Notes under the pieces: model-generated
Databases searched by the model: none
The model's input: only the letters and a program-made list of their open reading frames with translations
What the model was told of the DNA's origin: nothing
Position numbers and translations under genes: made by a program
In this document: positions 27,520 through 35,731 of the stretch, in pieces
Numbering within the stretch: position 1 is the first letter of the stretch
Layout: each line of letters opens with the position of its first letter
Assembly: GCA_028870105.1 (NCBI GenBank)
Contig: JAGWQI010000001.1
Location: 1-39,722, forward strand
Direction of reading: 5' to 3'
DNA: 39,722 bases
DNA from: Patescibacteria group bacterium
GTDB lineage: Bacteria; Patescibacteriota; Doudnabacteria; UBA920

Positions 27520-28029
27520 ATGATATTATATTTTATTATATTGCTAGCGGTTGTCGCCCGTTTTATCCCCCATATGCCAAATTTTGCGCCAGTCACGGCT
27601 TTGGCGATTTTTTCCGCGGCCACGCTCGGCTGGAAAAAATCAGTTGGCATTACGCTGGCCGCGCGGTTTGTTTCCGATTTATATTTGGGATTTTTTGCCT
27701 GGCCGCTCATGGTCGCGGTATACGCCTCACATCTGGTGGGGGTATTGTTTGGGCTATGGATTAAGAAGGCCGATAATCATCGCTGGCTGAAAATCATTGG
27801 CTCTTCGCTCGGCGCGTCGATGATCTTTTTTGCGGTGACGAACTTCGCGTTTTTCTACGGGACTTACACCCATGATTTAGTCGGCATTGTCCAGGCTTAC
27901 AGCAACGGGCTGCCGTTCTTGCGCGGCACGATGTTGGGAGATCTTGGCTATACCGTCGCTTTGTTCGGTGCCTATCAAGCTGCTCAAATTTTGGCGCGGT
28001 CTAGGTCCGCAGCGGTGTTGACTGTTTAG
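27520..28029 (+). CDS. DUF6580-like / ECF S-component-like membrane transporter, putative cobalamin uptake
   Basis: About 170 aa with 5-6 TM segments; RFIPHMPNFAPVTALAIFS, SD...GF, FFAVTNF, Y..GLPF. Confidence 0.75.
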   Translation: MILYFIILLAVVARFIPHMPNFAPVTALAIFSAATLGWKKSVGITLAARFVSDLYLGFFAWPLMVAVYASHLVGVLFGLWIKKADNHRWLKIIGSSLGASMIFFAVTNFAFFYGTYTHDLVGIVQAYSNGLPFLRGTMLGDLGYTVALFGAYQAAQILARSRSAAVLTV

Positions 28030-28034
28030 TCAAA

Positions 28035-28061
28035 AAAATCCCCCGTCGAACGGGGGATTTT
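28035..28061. terminator. Intrinsic terminator closing the B12 module
   Basis: AAAATCCCCCG-TCGAA-CGGGGGATTTT. Confidence 0.8.
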
Positions 28062-28190
28062 AAATGTCAAATTAGTTAAGGCGCGCGGCTTTTAGTGGCG
28101 CTGCCATAGGCGGCGCTGGCAACAGCCGTGAAAATTAAGACTTTTTAAGCGTAAGTTGTAGAATTTGGTTTTTTGCTGTAGATTTTGACT

Positions 28191-28412
28191 ATGCGCATCA
28201 CCGTATTAGTCCACCCCAACGCCAAACAGCCCCGCGTGGAGAAAGACCTGCTGGGCGGTTTGCATGTTTACGTCGGCGCGCCGCCGCTGGACGGCCGCGC
28301 CAACGAGGCGGTCATTAATTCCTTGGCCAATTATTTTAGGGTTAAAAAATATCAAATAAAATTAATTAGAGGCCACAAGTCCAAACTCAAGATTTTTGAG
28401 ATTGCCGACTAA
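28191..28412 (+). CDS. DUF167 (YggU) family protein
   Basis: V.PNAK, V.APP.DGRANEAV...LA.YF.V, G.KSK.K. Confidence 0.9.
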   Translation: MRITVLVHPNAKQPRVEKDLLGGLHVYVGAPPLDGRANEAVINSLANYFRVKKYQIKLIRGHKSKLKIFEIAD

Positions 28413-29850
28413 AAGCCAAATTTTTATGGGACTGGCCGCGAGTTTTGCGGCCGGCATTGGGCTGTCGTCGGCTTTTGGGTTGGATCAACGGATTGCGCTG
28501 CTAGTTTTGGCGGCGGGCGCGGCGCTATTTGCGGTGAGTTTTAGTCAGCCGCTCGGGGGCGCGGCGCTGTTGGGCTTATATCTCTGCGCTTTGGCAGTCG
28601 GGGCGTTGCGGCTGCAGGCGTCGGTGCAAGCTAACCAATACGAGCGGCTCTTTGGCAATAAGCAGCAGCTAGAGGGTTTTATTGTGGAAGATGTCGACGT
28701 GCGGCAGAATTATCAATTTTTGACCATCCAGCCTCGGGGTTTTGGCCAAAGAATACTGGTTAGCGCTTCACTAAACCAAAAGTTTTTTTATGGCGATTGG
28801 GTTTTGCTTAACGGCAAAGTCCAGCAGCCGGAAAATTTTGACGACTTTGATTATCAAAAATATTTGGAGCGCTACAATGTTTACGCGGTCATGAAGTACC
28901 CGCAGATTTTGACCTTAAAGAGCCATCGGCAAAATGTGGTGAAGGAGTGGCTGCTTAATGTTAAGTGGGCGTTCACGCGGCGCGTTGATCGGCTATTGCC
29001 GGAACCGCAGAGCAGCCTTTTGATGGGTATTTTAATTGGCGCGCGCAAAACCCTACCGGCCAATATCGTGGATAATTTTAACGCCACCGGCACCTCTCAT
29101 ATTATTGCGGTTTCGGGTTATAATATTACGATTATTGTTTCTAATTTGGCGTTTTTGGCTTACTACCTTGGGCGCCGGTGGCGGTTTTGGGTGGTGTTAC
29201 TGGTTATAGTCGGTTTTGTAATTATTTCCGGCGCCAGCGCTTCCGTGGCGCGCGCCGCCATTATGGGCGGTTTAGCCGCGCTGGCAACGCTGTGGTGGCG
29301 GCAGTATGCCGCCGGCCCGGCGGTGTTCGCGGCCGCTGCTTTGATGTTAGCTGTTAATCCACGCTTGCTTTATTGGGACGCTAGTTTTCAGTTGTCGTTT
29401 TTGGCCACGGTCGGTATTATTTATTTTATGCCGGTGCTTGACCGGTTAACCGCGCATTGGCCGGACATATTTGGGATTAAAACTGTTTTGCTCACCACTT
29501 TTGCCGCCATGGCCTCGACTTTGCCGATTATTTTGTTTACTTTCGGCCGGTTGAGCGCCGTGGCGCCACTGGCGAATGTTTTAATTATTCCGTTCGTGCC
29601 ACTGGTCATGTTATTAGGATTTTTGACGGTTGTGCCATGGCTGGGCGCTGGTTTTGCCTTTGCCGCCAAAATTTTGTTGGACTACATTTTGCGGGTCACG
29701 GCCGCGCTAGCGGTTGTGCCTTATGGCAATTTTAACGTGAAAATTTCCGCGGCCATGTGCGTTTGCCTCTCGCTGCTGATTTTGGCCGGCTATGGCTATT
29801 TGCGCCGCCGGGCCGTTAGGGTTGCGGTTGATGAAAGTCTAAAAATCTGA
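28396..29850 (+). CDS. comEC: ComEC/Rec2 competence protein (DUF4131 plus Competence domain, no MBL domain)
   Basis: FDYQKYL, GILIG, TGTSHIIAVSGYN, RAAIM, SFQLSFLAT. Confidence 0.93.
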   Translation: MRLPTKSQIFMGLAASFAAGIGLSSAFGLDQRIALLVLAAGAALFAVSFSQPLGGAALLGLYLCALAVGALRLQASVQANQYERLFGNKQQLEGFIVEDVDVRQNYQFLTIQPRGFGQRILVSASLNQKFFYGDWVLLNGKVQQPENFDDFDYQKYLERYNVYAVMKYPQILTLKSHRQNVVKEWLLNVKWAFTRRVDRLLPEPQSSLLMGILIGARKTLPANIVDNFNATGTSHIIAVSGYNITIIVSNLAFLAYYLGRRWRFWVVLLVIVGFVIISGASASVARAAIMGGLAALATLWWRQYAAGPAVFAAAALMLAVNPRLLYWDASFQLSFLATVGIIYFMPVLDRLTAHWPDIFGIKTVLLTTFAAMASTLPIILFTFGRLSAVAPLANVLIIPFVPLVMLLGFLTVVPWLGAGFAFAAKILLDYILRVTAALAVVPYGNFNVKISAAMCVCLSLLILAGYGYLRRRAVRVAVDESLKI

Positions 29851-29883
29851 TACGATAATCTGGAATTAAATAAGGAAGGAACT

Positions 29884-30642
29884 ATGTCCAATCGAACTTT
29901 AGCCATTAGTATTTTGTCAGTCCTATTATTATTTATTGTGATTGTGGGCGCGGTGCGCATTTATCGCGGCAGCCAGGAAACCTCTCCGGCTGACGACCAA
30001 ACGGCGCAGCAAACCCCCCCGGTCGCCGATAATCAGCAGTCCCAGCCGACCCCCGAGCAGGCTTCAAGCACGCCAACTACCGCATCTTGCCAGCGCGATT
30101 TCAATGGCGCCGAGCTGGGTAAGAACGCCAACATGAGTATTGCCAACCGCCAGGCGACCATTAACGTTGCCGGCCTTGGCGACATTAAGCTGGAGTTTTA
30201 TGATAAGGATGCGCCAAAGGCCGTGGAGAATTTTTTGCGGTTGGCTGATGCCGGTTATTATGATTGTTTAACCTTCCACCGGGTGGCCAAAGGTTTTGTC
30301 GTACAGGGCGGGGATCCTAACGGCAACGGGAGCGGCGGGCAGAGCGCGTTTGGCCAGCCTTTTGCCGACGAATTAAATCCGGACACGCCGAGCTATAAAG
30401 CCGGCTACGTTAAAGGCGTGCTGGCGATGGCCAACAGCGGCCCTAACACTAACGGCAGCCAGTTCTTTATTATGCTGGCCGATAACGATTTGCCTCACAA
30501 CTATACAATCTTCGGCAAAGTCATTGCCGGTCAAGACGTGGTTGATAAGATTGGCCAAGTGGACATTACGCCGGTTATGGGCCCGCAAGATGGCAGTCCG
30601 GTGACGCCGGTTGTGATGCAAAGCGTGAAAATTACAAAATAA
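29884..30642 (+). CDS. Membrane-anchored cyclophilin-type peptidyl-prolyl isomerase
   Basis: AP.AVENF, FHRV..GFVVQGGDP.G.G.GG, AMANSGPNTNGSQFFI, YTIFGKV. Confidence 0.95.
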   Translation: MSNRTLAISILSVLLLFIVIVGAVRIYRGSQETSPADDQTAQQTPPVADNQQSQPTPEQASSTPTTASCQRDFNGAELGKNANMSIANRQATINVAGLGDIKLEFYDKDAPKAVENFLRLADAGYYDCLTFHRVAKGFVVQGGDPNGNGSGGQSAFGQPFADELNPDTPSYKAGYVKGVLAMANSGPNTNGSQFFIMLADNDLPHNYTIFGKVIAGQDVVDKIGQVDITPVMGPQDGSPVTPVVMQSVKITK

Positions 30643-30715
30643 TAGTTGAGGGTCGGATTGGCACAGATGCATAGGCATCCTGCACACAGCGGAAATAATC
30701 AGTAATTACGAACTC

Positions 30716-31315
30716 ATGGAAAACCATATTAAGATTAAGCAAGAAAAAACTTTAGTGCTCGTTAAGCCCGATGGCGTGAAACGCGGGTTGGTCGGCGAGG
30801 TTATTTCGCGCATCGAACGCCGCGGCTTAAAGGTGGTCGCGCTCAAGATGGTACAGGTCGGAGAGGAGCATATTCAGAACCATTTGCCCAAGAGCGATGA
30901 GTGGATCGAGCGGCTGGGCAAAAAGACCTTAAAGACATTCGAGGAATATGGCATTGATCCGATCAAGGCCCAGGGCACGGCTGAACCAAAAGAGATCGGC
31001 CGTATGGTCAAGCAGTCGTTGGTGAAATACCTCACGGAAGGCCCGGTTGTGGCTATGGTGGTGCAGGGTATCCACGCCATTGATATGGTCAGAAAGTTGG
31101 CGGGCAACACTTTGCCGGTGTTCGCGGAAATGGGTACGATTCGCGGGGATTATTCGGTGGATTCGCCGTCTGTTGCAAATATTGAGCGTCGCGCCATCCG
31201 CAACATTATGCACGCCTCTGAAACGACGGAAGAGGCCAATAACGAGATTAACTTGTGGTTCGCGCCCGGCGAGATTCACACTTACAAACGCGCGGAAGAA
31301 GACACGATGTTTTAA
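30716..31315 (+). CDS. ndk: Nucleoside diphosphate kinase (long form)
   Basis: EKTLVLVKPDGVKRGLVGEVISR, GTIRGDYS, NIMHASE. Confidence 0.96.
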   Translation: MENHIKIKQEKTLVLVKPDGVKRGLVGEVISRIERRGLKVVALKMVQVGEEHIQNHLPKSDEWIERLGKKTLKTFEEYGIDPIKAQGTAEPKEIGRMVKQSLVKYLTEGPVVAMVVQGIHAIDMVRKLAGNTLPVFAEMGTIRGDYSVDSPSVANIERRAIRNIMHASETTEEANNEINLWFAPGEIHTYKRAEEDTMF

Positions 31316-31380
31316 AACATTTAAGAAGGATAACCTTGTCGGTTTGCCTCCTTAAGACCCAACTTTTTTCCAAGAATTTT

Positions 31381-31416
31381 GGCGGCACGGAATAAATCCG
31401 TTGCCGCCATTATTTT
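31381..31416 (+). terminator. Terminator-like hairpin after ndk
   Basis: GGCGGCACGGA-ATAAA-TCCGTTGCCGCC followed by an AT-rich tract. Confidence 0.6.
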
Positions 31417-31434
31417 ATATTTTAAAATCTGGAT

Positions 31435-31647
31435 AGGACATACCCACGCGGATAGCAGCGCGGTTTTTAAGCCGGCGTAGGGGAGAGTATGGCATTTTGA
31501 CCTTGTTTAAGGCACCCGCCTTTTTCCGTTGCAGCGTGCCGATTGCGTTAAGGTCAGTTGCGAACGAACACCTTAACCTAAAGCTGAGGTGTTCGTGTTA
31601 AAGGACCTGAGTTGCCATTTGGCGTTTGATGGCGTGGAGGTATTTTT
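31435..31647 (+). ncRNA. Candidate structured RNA of about 210 nt (6S RNA-like?)
   Basis: Ends pair (ATACCCACGC / GCGTGGAGGTAT) before a T tract; internal stems; upstream TTGCCG-16-TAAAAT; no ORF. Confidence 0.4.
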
Positions 31648-31684
31648 CGGACGAGTAGGGCGCTGATTTATCGACCACTGGGGT

Positions 31685-31713
31685 TTGACATTTTTAGAAA
31701 TTGGGCCTACTAT
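31685..31713 (+). promoter_or_regulatory. sigma70 promoter
   Basis: TTGACA-17-TACTAT. Confidence 0.7.
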
Positions 31714-31745
31714 TTAAGTTAGAAAAAAATTTAATTAGGCAAACT

Positions 31746-32300
31746 ATGAATAAAATTTTATTGGCATCTGCCGTGACTTTGCTTTTAGCGGCTGGCTGCA
31801 ATCAGTCCGTCGCTCCGCAAGCAACTTCCCGGCAAGGCCAGCCAACCGAGCAAACGCAAACCGAGCCGACCAATCCGCCAATGGCTCAAAATCAAAACCT
31901 CTCCAACATCCCAGCCAATATCAACCCTTCCAATAATGATGCAGCGGCGGGCAAGTACGTGAATAATATGTATCATTTCCAAATGGACTTGGACAGCTCT
32001 TGGAAAGGCTATAAGGTGGTTACCAGCACCAATAACGTAGGAGTGGCCACAGTTGAGTTTAAAATGCCTTATAAAGATGCTCATTACGGCAACGGTTCGG
32101 GCCTTGTGACCGCGCTGTATATTATGGTCTACCCCCAGCGTGAATGGACGTACGAGCTTAGTCAAGACGTGCCGCATCCGCAAATACTGAAAGACACCGG
32201 CACCACAGTCTATGCTTATAGCACCTGGCAGGCCGGGCCAAATGACTTGTTAAGCTTAAATATTCAAGGTGCGATAAAATCATTCGAAGTTATCAAGTAA
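31746..32300 (+). CDS. Hypothetical lipoprotein
   Basis: MNKILLASAVTLLLAAG|C lipobox, Q/N/P-rich linker, Y.N..Y.F motif of a PsbP-like start. Confidence 0.8.
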   Translation: MNKILLASAVTLLLAAGCNQSVAPQATSRQGQPTEQTQTEPTNPPMAQNQNLSNIPANINPSNNDAAAGKYVNNMYHFQMDLDSSWKGYKVVTSTNNVGVATVEFKMPYKDAHYGNGSGLVTALYIMVYPQREWTYELSQDVPHPQILKDTGTTVYAYSTWQAGPNDLLSLNIQGAIKSFEVIK

Positions 32301-32314
32301 GCGGAAGTTTAAAT

Positions 32315-32340
32315 AAAGGCTCAACTAGGGTTGAGCCTTT
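32315..32340. terminator. Bidirectional terminator
   Basis: AAAGGCTCAAC-TAGG-GTTGAGCCTTT between convergent genes. Confidence 0.8.
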
Positions 32341-32374
32341 TAAAATTGCGATGGTATTGTTTTTTGGCTGGCCG

Positions 32375-33883
32375 TTATTTTTTGCGGAAAAAGCGCGGCA
32401 GGGACAAATCTTTAAGCTTTAGTTCCCGCACGCGTTGGATGATGCCTTTGTCATTCTCGTTTAAGTAATGGCGAATACGGTTGCGGGCGCCGTGGGTTTT
32501 GGCGGCTTTAAGCCAGTCGCGGGAAATTTTGACCGGCTTTTTGCTTTTAATAATTTCTATTACGTTTTCTTGTTCCAGCTCGTCAAAAATACTGGCCATT
32601 TTGCCGTTGATTTTGGCGCCCATCATGTGGTAGCCCAAGTCACTGTGCACGGCAAATGCGAAATCAATAACCGTGGCGCCGGCGGGCAGGTCTTTAATAT
32701 CACCTTTGGGGGTAAAGACAAAAATTCGGTCGCTGAAAAAATCGATCTTCAGGCTTTCCAAATATTCTTCGGGATTGTCGGCCAGGTCTTGCCAGGCGGA
32801 AAGTTCTTTTATCCATTCCGCCTGCACGCGTTCGGACGAGTCGGGTTTCCCTTCTTCCTCATAGAACCAGTGGGCGGCTACCCCGCGTTCGGCCTCTTCG
32901 TGCATAAGCTCGGTGCGGATTTGAATTTCCAAGGTTTTACCGTCTTTGTCAAAAACCGTGGTGTGAATGCTCTGGTAGCCGTTGGGTTTGGGTGTGGCAA
33001 TATAGTCTTTAATACGCCCGGGCAGCGGTTGAAAGTGTTTGTGAATGGCGCCGAGCGCGGAATAGCAGTCGCCGGTGGTTTTGGCGGTGATGCGGAAAGC
33101 CACAATGTCGTAAATTTTACTTAAGTCGTTATGGTAGCGCTTGAACTTGTTGTAGAGCGAGTAAATGCGTTTAATTCGGCCGGAGACCTGTAGGAATTTT
33201 ATGCCTTCGGTGCGCAGGATGTGCTCTAGTAGTTTTTGTGATTCTTTAATGTTGGTACCGCGTTTTTGCAGCTCGCTTTCCAGCAGTAGCTTGGTTTGAT
33301 CGTATTCCTTTGGGTATACGATTTTAAAGGACAGGTCTTCCAGTTCGTCTTTCCAACTGCCGATGCCCAGGCGCGCGGCTATCGGCGCGTACATCTCCAG
33401 CGTTTCGGTGGCCACTTTAACTTGTTTTTCCGGCGGAATGTAGGCAATAGTCTGCATGTTGTGCAGGCGGTCGGCCAGTTTGACTAAAATTACGCGAATA
33501 TCCTTGCTGGTGGCAATGAATAATTTGCGCAGATTTTCCACGTAAAATTTGTCTTTGCTGCCGCGTAGGCGCACTTGGCCGAGTTTGGTCACGCCGTCGA
33601 TCATTTGGGCAATCTCTTCGCCGAATTCTTTTTTAATCTCGTCCAGCGTGATTTGGGTGTCTTCGGGCACGTCGTGCAAAAGCGCGGCAACCAGCGCTTT
33701 GGTATCGGGAAAAATTTTGCCCAAAATTATGGCCGCGGCCGTGGGATGAATAATGTAATCCTCGCCGCTTTTGCGCTTTTGCCCTTGGTGTGCGCGAGTG
33801 GCGAATTCCAAAGCCTTGGTTAAAAGCCGCTCTTCATCGGGCGTGAATTTATGCGGAATGGCGTTAAGAAATTTTTTCGGCAT
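32375..33883 (-). CDS. rel: RelA/SpoT family (p)ppGpp synthetase/hydrolase (HD, SYNTH, TGS; lacks ZFD/ACT)
   Basis: H.GQKRKSGEDYIIHP, LHDVPED, KLADRLHN, KDYIATPKPNGYQSIHT, EIQIRT, VFTPKG...DFAFAVHS. Confidence 0.93.
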   Translation of the reverse strand: MPKKFLNAIPHKFTPDEERLLTKALEFATRAHQGQKRKSGEDYIIHPTAAAIILGKIFPDTKALVAALLHDVPEDTQITLDEIKKEFGEEIAQMIDGVTKLGQVRLRGSKDKFYVENLRKLFIATSKDIRVILVKLADRLHNMQTIAYIPPEKQVKVATETLEMYAPIAARLGIGSWKDELEDLSFKIVYPKEYDQTKLLLESELQKRGTNIKESQKLLEHILRTEGIKFLQVSGRIKRIYSLYNKFKRYHNDLSKIYDIVAFRITAKTTGDCYSALGAIHKHFQPLPGRIKDYIATPKPNGYQSIHTTVFDKDGKTLEIQIRTELMHEEAERGVAAHWFYEEEGKPDSSERVQAEWIKELSAWQDLADNPEEYLESLKIDFFSDRIFVFTPKGDIKDLPAGATVIDFAFAVHSDLGYHMMGAKINGKMASIFDELEQENVIEIIKSKKPVKISRDWLKAAKTHGARNRIRHYLNENDKGIIQRVRELKLKDLSLPRFFRKK

Positions 33884-34031
33884 ACTGGCATTATACCAGT
33901 AGTGGCTGAAATAGGGGAGTGGTATAATATGATTAAGTAAAATTAACAAATTAAATAAAATTAAGTAAAATTTATTGCGGTCAATTTTGGCCAATTTTAC
34001 TTAAGTATGATCAATTTTATTTAATCCCGCT

Positions 34032-34988
34032 ATGCCTGAACTTCCCGAAGTCCAAACTATTGCCAGCGAATTAAACCGAAAATTAAGGCATCGGGTAATT
34101 AAATCTGTCCGGGTTAACGCGCCTAAAATGGTGAGTTTGGGCCCTGAGACTGTCAGTAACAAGCGGCAGGTGACAAGCGGCAAAGTAAAAATTTTTCAGC
34201 GGGCACTGGCCGGACACAAATTTGTCGGCGTCAGGCGGCGGGCAAAGCTGTTGATTTTTGATTTGTCTCCGACTTCGCCAAGGCTTCGTCGGACAGGTGA
34301 CCCGCTGTCTATGCTGGTGCATTTAAAAATGACCGGGCAGTTTATTTTTGAAGACCAAAAACTTCGGACTAAAACTGGCGGCAAGTACCGGATGTTCAAT
34401 AATCTGGCCGCGCCGCTGATTCCGCTTCCCGGCAAGCATACCCACGTGATTTTTAACTTTGCCGACGGCAGCCGTTTGTACTTTAACGACATCCGCAAGT
34501 TCGGCTACCTAAAGCTGGTGCGCAACGACGAGCTCGGCCGGATCAAAGAGTTGAAAGAGTACGGCCCGGAGCCGCTGGATGAAAAATTTACCATATCAGC
34601 GTTTTTGACGGCCGTCAAAAACGCTGAACGCAGAAAAATCAAGCAGGTGTTAATGGACCCCAAAGTCGTAGCCGGCATTGGCAATATTTAGAGTGACGAA
34701 ATTCTTTTTCACGCCCACGTGCGGCCAGCGCGCCGGGTCTCGACACTGAGCAGTGACGAATTATCAGCCGTGTATAAATGGATCAAACCAGTGCTCAAAC
34801 AGGCCGTAAAAGCCAAAGGTTCGAGCGTCGGGGACTTTGTGACCACGGACGGCAGCTGGGGGCAAATGGGCAAGTTTCATTTTGTTTATGGCCGGGCAGG
34901 GGAGAAGTGCAAAAAGTGCCGGACCATCATCCGATCGATAAAATTAAACGGCCGCACGGGCAGTTTTTGCCCGCAGTGCCAAAGATGA
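34032..34988 (+). pseudogene. mutM: Formamidopyrimidine-DNA glycosylase interrupted by an in-frame TAG at 34689-34691
   Basis: MPELPEV, HLKMTG, D.RKFG, GPEPL, GIGNI*SDE, C-terminal zinc finger CKKC...FCPQCQ, all in one frame. Confidence 0.85.
34268..34297. repeat. Short palindromic element inserted in frame in mutM
   Basis: TCCGAC-TTC-GCC-AA-GGC-TTC-GTCGGA(CAGG), encoding PTSPRLRRT. Confidence 0.65.
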
Positions 34989-35023
34989 TAGAATTAAGAA
35001 GTAAGAATTAAGAATTTAAGACT

Positions 35024-35275
35024 ATGGAAACAAATCTAGCACGGCCAGCCGATTCCGGCCAGCCAGAGCAAATCAGCAAGCCCAGCACCGACGAAATGCT
35101 GTTGGCGATTTACAATAATACCCATAAGACCACGACCTACATGAAGTGGCAGCTTTACATTACCGTTGTTTTGGTAGTGCTGCCGATTTTGGCCATGGTC
35201 GTATTGCTGCCGTTGGTCTTAAAATCGCTTGGTACTTTAAGCGGCGTGTATGGCAGCGGAGGACTGCTCCAATAG
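35024..35275 (+). CDS. Small single-TM hypothetical protein
   Basis: 83 aa with one long hydrophobic helix; operon position. Confidence 0.7.
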   Translation: METNLARPADSGQPEQISKPSTDEMLLAIYNNTHKTTTYMKWQLYITVVLVVLPILAMVVLLPLVLKSLGTLSGVYGSGGLLQ

Positions 35276-35342
35276 GTTAGGGATCACGGGTCTGTACAGA
35301 TATACAGATGTGATATCTGTAATTATCATTAATCTTGAACCT

Positions 35343-35690
35343 ATGCAAGACGAAAAATGGGAACAATTGGTGGAGACGGCCAAAGCGCATTTTAAGAATG
35401 CCAAATTAACTAGGGAAGATTTGATTTTGGAGACACCCGATGGGCCGCAAAAGCAAGGCACGCAGGACGTGCTGGTGTTTGATCATCCCTCGGGCACGCG
35501 CTACAAATTGGCGAGAGAGAACCGGCCGGTGGTTTTGGAGAAAAAAGAGATGTATTCGCACCGCGCCGGGCAATCCGCGCAGGCGCAGTACAAGTTTTCC
35601 GAAACGGAATTTTCGCACCGTTTGCGCGTGTTTAAGGAAATTGATTTTGATGAGTGGGAGGAGGTGACGCTGGATAGTTTGGGGTTGTAG
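35343..35690 (+). CDS. Hypothetical protein
   Basis: MQDEKWEQLVE...RPVVLEKK..YSHR; start set at ATG 35343. Confidence 0.75.
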   Translation: MQDEKWEQLVETAKAHFKNAKLTREDLILETPDGPQKQGTQDVLVFDHPSGTRYKLARENRPVVLEKKEMYSHRAGQSAQAQYKFSETEFSHRLRVFKEIDFDEWEEVTLDSLGL

Positions 35691-35731
35691 CTTACGAACT
35701 GTTTCTAAGTTTGCAGATATTTTAATAAAAT

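Noticed and set aside
31540..31650. Tyrosine recombinase remnant on the minus strand (..LRCSFATDL..)
   Set aside because: Short resemblance only; it lacks the H-x-x-R-H motif, is interrupted by a stop, and is better explained by RNA structure.
34689..34691. Genome-wide TAG reassignment to Tyr
   Set aside because: TAG terminates several genes at their expected ends (hisS-like, HIT, ftsA, DUF5663-like), and no other internal TAG was seen in conserved genes.
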